From the NCBI RefSeq assembly GCF_039654945.1, contig NW_027361829.1, positions 71,114,001 to 71,178,000 of the forward strand: a DNA stretch of 64,000 nucleotides, given 5' to 3'. The position numbers and the translations under genes are program-made. This document shows positions 23,346-36,800 of this stretch, piece by piece. This DNA comes from Dendrobates tinctorius. Taxonomy: Eukaryota. Below the pieces are notes generated by a model. The model did not search any database. It saw only the letters and a list, made by a program, of their open reading frames with translations, and was not told the origin of the DNA. Each line of letters starts with the position of its first letter. The stretch's first letter is position 1.

Positions 23346-24026
23346 TAAAAAATGATGTCCCATGTGGACTTGGCCTTACAATGTGTAGTTGCTCGCTAAC
23401 CGGCTTAGGTTTGCCCAGGCCTGTGCCATGATCTCATGAGATTGTGTGCTTTGTGCCGGGGCTGGGTGCTGTTTGCAGCTAACTGCTAGAATTCTTTTGG
23501 CAGTACTCAGTGGGCAGGGACAGTTTTGTGTTCTCTGAAAAGCCTTGCTGATGGCACATGTATGGTCTATATATAGTAGGAGGATGTGGTTTTCTGTCCA
23601 TCTCGGCGGATGAGCAGGACGCCTGCACTAGTGCACCACTCGCCGGTTAGGCCTGTCTTTGTTTTCTCCCCGGTATTGTCCCCGCTTCATACAATGACAC
23701 TCGCTGTCTGATCCTGGGTCACAGCTTGAAACCGCCACACACAATGAAGTCTTCCTGGCTGCAATCAATGGCGCATTTATAATCACTGCTGCTTTATTAT
23801 GTCAGCTATTTCCTACAATTTACCTCTTATATAAAAAAAAACCCAGCATATGAAAATTGGATAGAAATATAACAGGTATTTGTCTTAGAAATCTGCAACA
23901 TGTCAACTTCTCTTGTGGGTTCGCTGAGTTTTATGTGCAAATTTTCCCTATAAAATTCTATTGAATGTGGAAAATCTACAGGTAAAATCCTCCCCTGCAT
24001 TTGTATTGCATTTCCACTTCTTAAAT

Positions 24027-24856
24027 GCAAATCAGCAAAAAGAGAAAAAATATAAAACATAACTTTTAATATTGTATAAAAGCTACCAAACGATGAAGTG
24101 CGATTAAAATAAACCACTAAATCAGTTGCCACAGACTATACGATGGAGTGACACTTAGGAGGGAGCCTGGTTACTATGTGTTACGTCCAGCACTTGCAGT
24201 TAGATCCCCTGAAGAGTCAGTAAATGACGAAACGCGTCGGGATGCATAGGGACATTGCAGGGCTATTTTTGTGAGGGTCAGATGTGGACTGCCCTTGTTA
24301 GGGCGGGAGCTATGGGTGTCAGGTTTGTTAGCCCCTACAGGGTTTGATTAGGGTAATTCCCTTTTCCTGACTCGTCTCAACTCCTATGGACATCTGATTA
24401 TTGGCATCTTCCAGACATATTGGTGAGATCCTTCCTTTATTGAGCACATTTATGGACCACTGTTCTGGCTTTTGATGCCCCCTTTCTATACATGAATGAG
24501 TTATTTGTTTTAGTTAAATATGATAGGGGCTACATATGCCTCTGGTCAAATAACCATTCATGATAAGACTGTGGTTGTTATTCACATTGTCTTGTATTGG
24601 TCTGTCCAGGTTATGTTACTTTTGGACATGGAATTAGCCACATGTATGTACTTTGGGTGATCTGGGGTGCTAAATTAGACAGACACTCCATCGTATAGTC
24701 TGTGGCAACTGATTTAGTGGTTTATTTTAATCGCACTTCATCGTTTGGTAGCTTTTATACAATATTAAAAGTTATGTTTTATATTTTTTCTCTTTTTGCT
24801 GATTTGCCATTTATGTTATGAGAGATTGTGAATTTTTATTCCACTAGGTGCTGTAT
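24027..24856 (+). mobile_element. Non-autonomous PLE-type pLTR insertion with 5' inversion and 19-bp TSD
   Basis: 124-bp inverted repeat 24027-24150 / 24684-24807; TSD TTTCCACTTCTTAAATGCA at 24011-24029 and 24857-24875; internal hammerhead. Confidence 0.85.
24204..24243 (+). ncRNA. Minimal type I hammerhead ribozyme
   Basis: ATCCC-CTGAAGA-GTCA-GTAAA-TGAC-GAAAC-GC-GTC-GGGAT; perfect stems I and II, GUC cleavage triplet. Confidence 0.92.
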
Positions 24857-25059
24857 TTTCCACTTCTTAAATGCACTAAAACCGCATGTCATCCGCACAT
24901 GACTGTAATAAGAGTTTTGTCAGAGCCAACTACCAGGAGGTATCAAACGCCAAGCAGCTTTACTTATAATGTGATATAACAAAGCACAGTGTCACAAATG
25001 CAGTAAAATGCATGTAACAAACTCCCTCAAACACTAAAAGAAAACCCACAAGTAACTTA

Positions 25060-25626
25060 AAAGTTGTCGCTTCGTTTTTAGTTATTAAATTGGCCCCAGT
25101 GTGGTGTTAGTGAGGAAATGTGCGTCACCAACATGTCTTTGTCAAAGCAAAGCTCAAAGTATTGGGTTTAAGAAATACTTTATAGTTAGGGGATTCCCGC
25201 ACATAACTTTTCTTTCAGCCATAGGGTGGCGATTTAATTTTTTCAGTCACTGATCAGTCAGTGTGGTTTTGAAATGATGCACTCCCACAGGATCGCGATT
25301 GATTGCCGTGATTGGTCTGACGTCACGACAACCGTGTAGCAAATCCTGCGCGTGCGCACTGTCCAACCACTTCCCGGACATGCGCACTGATTCTGGGTGT
25401 ACAGCCCCAGCTTCATGTCAGATGTGCAGAGCTGCTCTAAGTCAGTGGCTACAAGACGCATCGCTGTGTCCCATTCACTCTGCGCTCCGGCGCATGCGCA
25501 CCTCTGGTTTGTTAACATATTACTTGGAGCTTTCCTTTGATATAAACATGTTGGTGATGCACATTGCATCACTAACACCACACTGGGGCCAGTTTAATAG
25601 CTAATAACGAGGTGACAGGTACCCTT
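25060..25626. mobile_element. T2/Kolobok-type MITE
   Basis: Long inverted arms (TTAAATTGGCCCCAGTGTGGTGTTAGTGA / TCACTAACACCACACTGGGGCCAGTTTAA), TTAA flanks. Confidence 0.7.
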
Positions 25627-25703
25627 TAAATTAGCTAATAGCTGCAGAAATGCTGATGAAAATATGCAACACCAAAAATACTCATCGTGGGAACATGGCT
25701 TAA

Positions 25704-26791
25704 AGTAAATCTGTCACCACATGTGACACATTTCTAAACTATTAATATGGGCATACAGAATATAGAATGCTGAAAAAAAGCCCTACTTGTATATCTAATA
25801 AAAGGTGATTTCTTAGCAACAAGGAATCTGATATCACTTTATATAAATGACCTCTTCCAGGCTCTGGGGAGGATGCTTCCTAGAAGATAACTCTGCCTCC
25901 AGAGCTTGTTTTGCATGAAGGGGAGTTATCAGTGTGAGATAAGTAACTGACACAGAACAGGAGAACTGAAATTTGTCTTCTTGCAAACACACTTTTTGCT
26001 TCTCTCTGAACTCTGCTGTATTGTAACAATTTTGCGGCGCTTTCTGCCTGAGAGATGGAAGCTGAGAGGAACCTGCAGATGTGTCAGGTGTAATCACAAA
26101 CCGCTCTGCAGTGAGATCAGGAGATCAGTGATTACACATCGCCCTGGTAACTCCCCTTCATGTAAATCAAGCTCTGGAGGCAGAGTTATCTTCCAGACAT
26201 CATTCTCCCCAGAGCCTGGAAGAGATAATTTATATAAAGTGATAAAAGATGATTTCGCAGCAACAACACATCTGATATGAGACACACAGGTAGGACTTAT
26301 GCCAGCAGTCTATAGCCTGTATGCCCATGTGAGTAGCTTAGGCTACTTTCACACTAACGTCGTGCACCGTACGTCGCCATGAGTCGGGGCGACGTACTGA
26401 CGCACGTTGTGAAAGTTTTGCACAACGGGGGCAGCGGATGCGGTTTTTGAACGCATCCACTGCCCCGTTGTAATGTCCAGGGAGGAGGGGGCGGGGTTTC
26501 GGCCGCGCATGCGCGGTCGAAAATGGCGGACAGGACGCACAAAAAAAGTTACATGTAATGTTTTTGTGTGCGTCGCGGCCGCCAAAACACGACGCATCCG
26601 TCGCACGATGGATGTGACGTGTGGACATACGTCGCAATGCGTCGATAATGCAAGTCTATGCAGAAAAAACGCATCCTGCGGGCAACTTTGCAGGATGCGG
26701 TTTTTCTCCAAAACGACGCATTGCGACGTACGTCGCACGACGCTAGTGTGAAAGTAGCCTTAGATAGGTCAAACGTGGCTGCAGATTTCCT
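25704..26791. mobile_element. T2/Kolobok-type MITE containing a nested Harbinger MITE
   Basis: TTAA-AGTAAATCTGTCACC ... GCAGATTTCCT-TTAA; inverted internal arms. Confidence 0.65.
26341..26759. mobile_element. Harbinger-type MITE
   Basis: TIRs GGCTACTTTCACACTA / TAGTGTGAAAGTAGCC, TTA TSD. Confidence 0.88.
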
Positions 26792-28823
26792 TTAACTTTC
26801 TGCTATTCAGGAGAAAAAACACATGGACATAGGCTTAATAGTCACCCACCCAACCTACCTTTTGTAATGAAGCATCTAATGAGCGTGTATAAAGGTCATT
26901 ATGAAGGGAGACTTAGAAGGTCAGCTGTGACATCACCTATTGTGATTGGTGGATCCTGTTTTATCAGTTGTATATAGATGTGTTACCAGTCATTGTAAGA
27001 TTGTTCAAGATAATCGTGAAGGAGCAGTGTTGTTAAAATTGCTTATTTCACGATTATCTTGACGTGCAAACAGGCTGCCTAGATAATTTTAAATGAAAGG
27101 GGGTATTACCTGTGTGAGACATGGAATGACTGACAGTCTGCTCTCCTTATGTAAATGGGTCACACAAATGTCTTTCATTTAAAATAAGCTCTGGAGGTAG
27201 ATTCGGCCCATAGTACGGAACAGCTCATTTAAATATAAGAAAATTGTGGCTTTCACTTGAATAACACAACACATCCAGATATTAAGGTATCATTTCATTC
27301 ACCTTCCTATGACCTGCATGCCCATAAATGCTGCTTAGGAGGGTTGATCCTACTAACAGATTCCCTTTAATAAAGTCACAAAATAAAAAAAAAGGAAACC
27401 ATTGCCAAAAATTAAAAACCTATTGAAAACCTTGGACTGAGTGTTGCAAAGCCCTCCCGACAGTTTACTAAGAATTGATCCAACTTTAGGGTGATGTGGA
27501 CCAGACCTGGGCAAACAACATCTGGCCCTCTATTTGTTACAGTCCGTCCCACAGAGTGACAGACAAAGGGCTGAAACAGTGGTCCACAATCTGCCCCATG
27601 CTATCCGCCGCTGTCCCCACGATTTACCTCCTCAGGATGCAGACAACAGTGACTACATTGGTAGAGAATGGGTTCGCCGGCTCCATCCTCCACCAATTAG
27701 TGAGAGACAGCAGACTCGTTGACTTCATTACATCGCGCTGGTGATGAGACTCGGAGCACAGGCGACAGGAGCGGAGCGCCGAGGAAATGGGAGCAAGGTA
27801 AGTATGTGGTGTTTTTTTTTCTCTCACTCATATTTCTGCTTTATGGGCGCAGTTTGATGTGCTAGGCATTTGTATGGGGATTAGCCCTGTAAATGGTATT
27901 AATTCACTGACTTTTCCATATTAATATTCTTGTTCTTTTACTGCTGTGAAGGGCACATTACCCGGAGTTACAAAAACTTTGTTCCTATGTTTCATGAAAG
28001 AAAAGTTGGCTTATAGCAATAAGTGGTCATTGTACATGCCCTTATCAGGCATTTTTTTTTTAACAAAGTAAAGAGGAAATTCCATTAAAAAGCATAGCAA
28101 AAATGCAATTATCAAAGCAGATAGTATTGTGTATTTTGGTGCAGATACCTGCAGAGAAGCTGCTGCAGGAAAGAAAGCCGTGCTTTATGAATTTGGCAAC
28201 ATGACCTAAATCTTTGGACGGAAAATCCTATAGGCATTGTCCGGTGTTTTTATAAAATCCGCAGTCATTCTATGTCACTGCAGACTTGTGGATTTTTACA
28301 GCGTGCGCACCTTGCACTGTCTGGATTCCGATGCTGTCAGAGAGAGTGTGCGCTTTGCCGGGTTAGAAGTGCTCATCCTTCTTTCAATACAAGTTGATAG
28401 GGTAAGTCTAGTTGGACTGTGGCTGGATGTATGCAAATCGCAAACTTCACAGTCAACAGCGGAGAATACTGACTGTGCAAGGTGTGCACGCTGTAAGGAT
28501 TGAGATGTCTGATGACTGCTGATTGTACAAAAAGACTGGACAACCCCATTGAATATTTTATGTAAACCATGTTTTTTTCTGCATTTGCTTAAATTCTCAG
28601 TTATGCTCAAGTGTGGAAAGAAGTTAAACAGGTGACCTTGCATAAAGTCAATCAATGATTAGTCTCCGTCCTCTAATGCTGTAGAATGTGCTGGCAGCAT
28701 CTGACCTTTGCGTGCTTCTTGGCATCTCTTATTCATTAGTATGACATTGAGAAAGCATTGGCACAGCTTGCCAGGGGGCAGCATAGTTTTCTTGTACATC
28801 GACACAACAGCCAGTGATCTTAA

Positions 28824-29271
28824 AGGGAATCTGTCCCCCCTTTTTTGAGATATCATATAATGATATCATTCAATTGTGTGTCACGTAAGCATTCTCTTAG
28901 TACTTCTGCTTCCCCCTGACCCCGCACCTTTCATGCATAAATACCTTTTTTATATTGGTTCAGATGTATGTAAACTGCCGCTGTCCGGTCCGCTGGGCGG
29001 GGCTTATTCACCTGCTCCCCCCCCCTCCCTGTCTTGCTCTATGCATTTCTTCTTGCGTAGAGCAAGACGGAGGGGGGGAGCAGGTGAATAAGCCCCACCC
29101 ATCTGACCGGACAGCGGCAGTTTACATACATCTGAACCAATATAAAAAAGGTATTTATGCATGAAAGGTGCGGGGTCAGGGGCAAGCAGAAGTACTAAGA
29201 GAATCCTTATGTGACACACAATTGAATGATATCATTATATGATATCTCAAAAAAGGGGTGACAGATTCCCT
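28824..29271. mobile_element. Foldback T2/Kolobok-type MITE (near-perfect palindrome)
   Basis: AGGGAATCTGTC...GACAGATTCCCT with TTAA TSD; ~215-bp arms almost fully complementary. Confidence 0.92.
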
Positions 29272-29775
29272 TTAAAGTTCAATGTCAGAACAAAAATGGC
29301 TCAACGCAGTGTGCCAATGGCAGGGGTGAAAATGGAAATGGCGATGTGATTAATTAATATTGGCATTACTGCCACTATTTTTTATACAAGTACATTAAAA
29401 TATGTTAATATTTCCTTATTCAGCTAAAACTCTGCCAAACATAACACATCTGATGTTTTCCTTGCACTACTTTGGGCCCATCTGCGTGCATTTTTATAAT
29501 ATGATCCTAATGACATCAGGCTAAAATATGAAATGTAAACATTATTACACTTCCATGCTGGTTTCTTGCTAGCTCCAGTTAAAATCATAATCAAGAACCC
29601 AGAATAAGGATGTAAGGTCGCATTCACACATGCATATGCAAAATCATCTGTTTTTCATCCAGAACAAATTGATGGTTTGTCCTCTGTATGTAATCTATAT
29701 GCCAGTTGACTCAGGATGTTTTCACACTGCGTTCAAGCACTCGTTCAGTGGCTCTTTCGGGGCCAACTGACATGC

Positions 29776-30433
29776 TGACATGGTCTTCGGTAAGAAAGGA
29801 GGGCCTCAAACTATCCCTAGATCTGGGACCCTAACTATCTTTGTCCCAGAAATACTCTTCTAGGTAGAGAGACCCGAGTCGCCGACTTTACTATGCTCCT
29901 GTTAAATCCTGATCTGTCCCCTCCTCTACCCCATGAGGCATAGGATAGAAATGTAAGGTAAACAAGACACAAAAACAAAACCGAGATAACCGAAAACCTC
30001 TATCATACAAAAGCACTAACCAACAATAGGGAGGAGGACAGAGACGGGGAGGAATAAACTAAATGGTAACAGGGATCAGGCGATAGACACACACACAGTA
30101 CAGCAAACCACAGACCACTACTAATACAACTCTACTCTAACCACTTAGCTTTAGCACACAGCACAGGAAGGCAAATCTTTCATTGGCAGGGACAAGAAGG
30201 TCTGACCAGTTTTTATAGGAAGAGGTAATGGCCATATCAGAAGCAGCTGAAACGGAGATGCGTGTTTCTGACTAGCATAGAAAGTGTCATTAACCTCTTC
30301 AGCACTAGAGGATACTAAATCCATTTAATATGGGACACAAATCACAACATCTCTAAAGAAGACCTGCAATTCATTATCCGACGTGACCATCTAACTCCAG
30401 GTATTCTAGGAGGACGTGACCCACCTCGTTACA
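29776..30433. mobile_element. Solo LTR
   Basis: TGACA...GTTACA termini; flanks CATGC/CTTGC (5-bp TSD with one mismatch). Confidence 0.6.
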
Positions 30434-30569
30434 CTTGCATCTGAATCCCCCGCAAAACTGGATTCAGGTGTATGCGCCGACAGGGCCATCAACTGTAATG
30501 GCGCTCTGCCTTGCATCCATACAGTGGATGGCCATGGAACAAGGAGGTGGAATAAGATTCTGCAGATGA

Positions 30570-32101
30570 ACCTGCAGGGCACAATTCAGATTATCTAAAG
30601 CTGACTATGAATTGAGGCTTGCAAGAGACGTCAAAAGCAATAATAAAGGATTTTGGGGATATGTCAAAAGAAAAAGAAAAGTCAAAGATGCTATAGGATA
30701 TTTACAGGATGAATATGATGAAATGGTAAGACAGGATATTGAGAAGGACGAACTTTTAAATTCCTATTTCGCATCTGTTTTCTCTCAGAAAGGTAATGTA
30801 ACATCAACTGTTCTTCACTGTCCTATTAAGGGAATAGAAGAATCCAGGATATCTATAAACATAAAGATAGTGAGGAAACACTTAGCTAACCTAAATGAAT
30901 TCAAGTCTCCAGGTCCAGATGAATTACACCCCAGAGTACTGAAGGAGATAGCAGAAGAAATTTTTGAGCCCCTCTCCATAATCTTAGAAAATTCTTGGGG
31001 AACAGGAGAAGTCCCAGTAGACTGAAGAAGAGCAAATGTTGTTCCTATCTTCAAAAAGGGAAGAAGGTGGACCCAGGCAACTATAGGCCGGTGAGTCTGA
31101 CTTCTATACCAGGAAAGATCTTTGAACAAATTATTAAACAACATGTATGTCAGTACCTGGATAAGAATGAAGTGATTAAACAGTCAGCATGGGTTTGTAA
31201 CTAATAAGTCATGTCAGACTAACTTAATTTCCTTCTATGATGGAATCACTGATTGGGTGGATCAGGGAAATTCTGTAGATATAGTATATCTTGACTTCAG
31301 CAAAGCATTTGACAAAGTATCTCACTCAATCCTTATTGAAAAAATGACTAGGTATGGAATGGACAAGGCAACTGTTAGGTGGATTCATAACTGGCTTAGT
31401 GATCGGACCCAAGGAGTGGTCGTAAATGGCTGCACATCCAGTTGGAAGAATGTCTCAAGTGGGGTACCACAGTGCTCTGTCCTGAACCCTGTATTGTTGA
31501 ACCTCTTTACCTACGATTTTGATGAAGGAATTGAGCGTAAACTGATTAAATTTGCTGATGACACAAAGCTAGGAGGGATAGCTAATACTAGAGAAGAGAG
31601 AGGATTCAAAAAGATATAAAATAAACTGGAGCAGTGGGCAGCAACTAACAGAATGGTTTTTAACAGGGAAAAATGCAAAGTACTACATCTGGGCAATAAA
31701 AATGAAAAAAGCATATACAGAATGGGAGGAATAGGGCTAAGCAACAGCACATGTGAAAAAGACTTGGGTATAGTAATAGATCACAGACTAAATATGAGTC
31801 AACAGTGTGATGCAGCAGCGAAAAAAGCAAATGCAATTCTAGGATGTATTAACAGAAGCAAAGCATACAGTCTAGATCACATGAAGTCATTATTGCCCTC
31901 TACTCCACTTTGGTCAGACCTCATCTGGAATACTGTGTCCAGTTTTGGGCGCCACATTTTAAAAAAGACATCAAGAAACTGGAGCAAGTTCAGAAAAGAG
32001 CAACCAGAATGGTGATCGGTCTGCAAACCCTGTCTTATGAGGAAAGGTTACAGGATTTGGGAATGTTTAGCTTGCAAAAGAGAAGACTGAGAAGAGACTT
32101 A
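30570..32101 (+). mobile_element. CR1 LINE ORF2 fragment, decayed, 5' and 3' truncated
   Basis: KSPGPDELHP, NYRPVSLTS, YLDFSKAFDKV, KFADDTKL; same family as 47504-49936; no GATTCTAT tail. Confidence 0.93.
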
Positions 32102-32740
32102 TCAACCTTTGAATTAGCCATATCACAAAACATGTGAGCTGATAAATACAAAATCTCAATCAACCAGTTGGTGGCTCCTACACGGCCCGCCAAAAACAAG
32201 AGCTTAAACCAATGATTTAGAAAAATATCAAAAATTCTTTATTAATCACCGTTAAAAATATTTGCATATTTCAGGCATACAGTACAGGAACAAACAAACA
32301 TGACACCAATAAGCTCACACAAACAATATTAGTTGCTGCTTGGTATGAGGCAAGTTGATATGCCATCAACTTCTTATTTCACAGTTTTAACATTCGTATG
32401 GAGATTTTTAAACACTGCCCATAACAAATGCAATCCTCCCTGTTCATTGCTATGTCAACCGACATCTGCACAATCAAACCACTAGGGGGTGTAGCAGTAC
32501 AAATCAGGCCTTAAAAACCACTCCACACCTCCCATACACCTGGAATCCCAACTAGGGTATTAACCCATAGTGAAATAAACTAGGGAGAATGTGACCCATT
32601 GAGTGAAATACACGTGCCACATGTTGTAACCATCCACCCTGCACACATTACCTGGATCCTTGCAGCTTCAAACCAGTGAAGGGGAGCCCATGTCACTCAG
32701 CCCCGACGCGCACGTTTCGCCCTGCTTCCTCGGGGGGCGG
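32102..32740 (-). mobile_element. Probable PLE-type pLTR fragment with a variant hammerhead at 32700-32738
   Basis: Minus strand CCCC-CCGAGGA-AGCAGGGC-GAAAC-GTGCGC-GTC-GGGG; downstream AATAAA (plus-strand TTTATT at ~32238). Confidence 0.55.
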
Positions 32741-32848
32741 AGCTATTTTATTGTAGCCCGAAAGAGAATGAATGGAGTGGATGTGCACATGCTCGACTTG
32801 TGCTTCTTTGAGACGGGGCTCTGCTCTGGGATTGTGAGGTCGGACTAA

Positions 32849-33183
32849 GGGTATGTGCACTCGTTGCGGATTTGCCCCGCAGATCCGCTGCAGTTTTCCA
32901 TGCGGTGTACAGTACTATGTAAACCTATGGAAAACCAAATCCGCTGTGCACATGCTGCGGAAAATTCAGTGCAGATTTGCTGCGGTTTATTTTCCACAGC
33001 ATGTCAATTTTTTGTGCGGAATCCGCAGCGATTTTACACCTCTTCTATTATAGGAAACCGCAGGTGTAAAAACGCAGGGGAAATCTGCACTAAATCCACA
33101 GAAAATCCGCAGGAAATCCACAGGTAAAACGCAGGTCATTTTACCTGCGGACGCAGCCAAATCCACAACGTGTGCACATACCC
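32849..33183. mobile_element. Harbinger-type MITE
   Basis: GGGTATGTGCAC / GTGCACATACCC TIRs, TAA TSD; related to 5670-6048. Confidence 0.85.
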
Positions 33184-33671
33184 TAACAAGAAGAAAGACT
33201 TTCTATTGAGCCTGTGCGGCAGCACACTTTAGGCCCAGTGCCAACGATCAGGAATTTCTGCGGGTTTAGCGCTGTGTATTTATGCAGTGTCAAACCCACA
33301 GCGACCAGATGTTAGAACGTAGTGCAGGTACGCCTTCGGATCACCCGCGGGCACTGAAATCCGGAGCCTCTTTCAAGATGGCAGCAAGTCAATCTCTCTT
33401 GCAGAGACGCTAGTACCTGCAAAATAAATTACATCTCTACAAATGTTTTGAATGCATTAAATCCTCATGGTTCAGTGAACACGTGCGGATTTACGGGCAG
33501 ATTGTGGGCATCTGGCCTTACAGCTGTTTTTGAGTGATCATTGAGGGTCTCGGGACCCGAACCCCCACCAAAACTGCAGGAAATCAAACAGAGACATGGT
33601 CTGAACCCAGCCATACTGGCTTTAAAGGGAATCTTTCATTCGATTTTTGCCACCAAATCTGATTGCAGCAT

Positions 33672-33862
33672 AACATCTGCAAGGAGTTTGTATGTTCTCC
33701 CCGTGTTTGCGTGGGTTTCCTCCGGGTACTCTGGTTTTCTCCCACATTCCAAAGACATACTGATAGGGAGTTTAGATTGTGAGCCCCATTGGGGACAGCG
33801 ATGATAATGTCTGTAAAGCACTGCAGAATAAGATAGCGCTATATAAAAATAAAGATTATTAA
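33672..33862 (+). mobile_element. V-SINE-type element with L2-like 3' tail, nested in a T2-type MITE (~33624-34211)
   Basis: GTTTGTATGTTCTCCCCGTGTTTGCGTGGGTTTCCTCCGGG V-domain; tail TGTAAAGCACTGC...GCGCTATATAAAAATAAAGATTATT. Confidence 0.8.
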
Positions 33863-36800
33863 TATAATGTAGAGACAGAGACCTAGATTCCAGCGATGTG
33901 TCACTTACTGGGCTGTTTACTGTAGTTTTCACAAGATAATTGTTCTATCAGCATTAGATTATCACTAGAGGACTAGTAACCATGGTGCCAGGTAGTCCTC
34001 CATATTCATGAGCTCTGTGTAATCCCATCCCCCACCACGTATTAGCAGATTCCTTCCCATACACTGTGTATACAGAAAGTTGTTAATCAGCTGTGTGGGC
34101 AGGGTTATAAGACCTCATGAATATGTAGGATTACATGGTAGCAGGTTTACTAGTCCCCTAGTGATAACTTCTTGCTGATAAAACAGTTTTTTTTTTATCA
34201 AAACTACACCTTTAAAGAGAATCCATTACAAGGTTTTTGCTCCCTCATCTCAGAGAAACTTGATGTAGAAAAAGAGACCCTGATTTCAGCAATGTATTGC
34301 TTAGTTTTCTGGATGCAGCGATTGTGTCCCAACCAAAGTTTAGATGTAGCAGAGCTCAGAAAACTAACCCTACCCACACAACCGCTTTCTCTGTACATTA
34401 TCTCTTGTCAGTGAGCTGCTTATCAGAGGGGGCGTGGTCAGACCAGTGCTCACAGGAGCAGCAGTCCTGGCATTGGTAATGTAATGGAGATAAAACCTTC
34501 ATTGTAAGTAAACAGCACAAAGCTAAAAAAGTGACACATCATTAAAATCTGTGTTACTGGCTCTATCTCCTGCTGTGTTCAGGTTACATATAAAAAAAGA
34601 AAACTGGCTGACAGATTAACTCTAAACACTATCCAGTTCCGATTACTTTTGCAGTGTAAGCGAGCGGTGCCGAGTACTGACTTTATATGCCACACTCCTA
34701 CCAAGACCAAATGTGGGATTGAGCGGCTCTGCATAACCCCATTTAACTGTGTTAATATGTGCTAAATGTAACGTGTCCAATTTTACCCTGCAGAAGGCTT
34801 TAAGGCTTTAAAGAAGCCTTAAAAATGTGCATCAGCAAATATGAACTTCTCTGGATAGACTCAATGTCATCGTCTGACTGTGAGAATTCCAATCTTATTT
34901 TAAAGGAGTTGTCCAGGATTAGAAAAAACATTGTTGGTTTTGTGTAGAACAGCGCCTTTCTTCTCCGTGGGTCTGGTCTGGTATTGCAGCTCTGTGCCAT
35001 TAGGTTTGGGCACACAACTCTTTTTTTCAGGTGGTTCTCGCCTGGAACTCGTCTGAAAAAGAACCAAAAAAACCATGAACTAGTGCTCAGCAACATTAAA
35101 AACGCAGCTTTACGCGTGTTCCATTTGTTGTAATTCTTTTGGCTATTTCAGGCTTTGAAAGCCATGAAGTGACTAAAAGAAGTGACCTGACAATTCACCT
35201 GGCAGCTTCTGCTAGAAAAAAAAACAATGGCAGGTAGACCATTGCAAAAGACATCCAAACGGTTGTCAAAAAAGACACTTCAGGGGAAACGCCGTCGTGT
35301 TCCTGAAGCATTATGGCACAGTTTTATCACCATGAGGTTATCAGTAGAGGACTAGTAAACCTACTGTCAGGTGGTCCCCCATATTCACGAGCTCTGTATA
35401 ACCCCACCCCCATCAGCTTTGTGCCTATGCTCAGTGTACATAGAAATCTGCCAATCAGAGGTGTGGGCACTGAGCTCAGCATTCAGAGCACTGCTGCTGG
35501 AACTGCAGCAGGGAAAACAGGGATTTTATGAAAAATCCAGGAAATAGCACTGGAAGTGATTTATCTCTGGAATCGGGGTTTCTGCATCTACATCACGCTG
35601 CTCTCACATGGAGTAGGAAAAGCCTGGAGACAAATTCATTTTAGAACAATCCTTTTCATTTGGATGGGACTGTCAGTTCCTGTAATGTTCATTAAATCGG
35701 CCTCATTCGTCACAAATGTTTAATTTAAAAAAAAATAAAAAATCTTGTTTCCATAGAAACCAATTAGTTTGCAACTTTCATTTTTCCATTTTTATGTTTT
35801 TGTAATCAAGAAACGTTTATTCCAAACCATAATCAGGCTTGGCACCAATCTTTTTGAAAAATGCAGGATCCACATACATTCTTTATATATGCTTATATAA
35901 CCATTGTAATTTTTAAGAAATGAAAGCTGAACTGTGATTGGTGGCCACAGACTACAACATTGAAGCAAAGTGATTTCTGTCTTCTCAGCATCTTCTTATT
36001 TTTTCTTTCTTGGAATTTAACCTTTTATTGTGCTTCATGGTCAACATGCAACAAGACGTCTTTTGTTCAAAAAGAAATAAAGTTTGGCATATTTTTCTGA
36101 TGATTTGTAATTTCTTTGCTGTGATTATGCTATAAAGTAAAGCCTAGCATATTGTTCACATGCACAGCAGACATTCAATGTCACCTGTGATGTGCTGCAA
36201 AGACGGTCAACTTTTCCTGTTTTGTTGTCCGGTCAAACCGATACGTCTGCAGTCACTCTGTATGACTGCAGACTTATGAATCCCCTCGCGTATGCACTAT
36301 ACGCTGCAAGGATTCACCAGTTTCTGAGCCAAGAACGGAGGGTATGAATGAGTTATACATACTTCCAGCCAGCAGGCACAGCCTCACTGCATACACTTGT
36401 ATGGAGCGAGGCCATGCCCTCTAGTCAACCACACCCACTGGATGGTCGCGTCACTAGACGGAGCGAGGCCTCGCTCTATAGAAGTCAGTGGAGCAAGGCC
36501 ACGCCCACTCGATGGGCCCCGGTCAGGAGTATGTATAACTCATATATACATTCCAGTTCCGGCCAGTTTAGAACGGTATTAACCTGCAGATTAAATCAAT
36601 TTTTCCACATAAGAGGTCCCCTTTAACTAATATTTCTTCCGCTTTTATCACGGCATCCAGTGTTGGAGGGAGAAACAGTACAGCTGAGCTTACAGCACTT
36701 TGTGAGGAGGAAAGCTGATAGTAAGGTTTGTATTGAGACACAGCTCCAGTCTGCTATACTGCCCTTTCCCCACACTGGCTCTCATGATGAAAGCTGAAGA

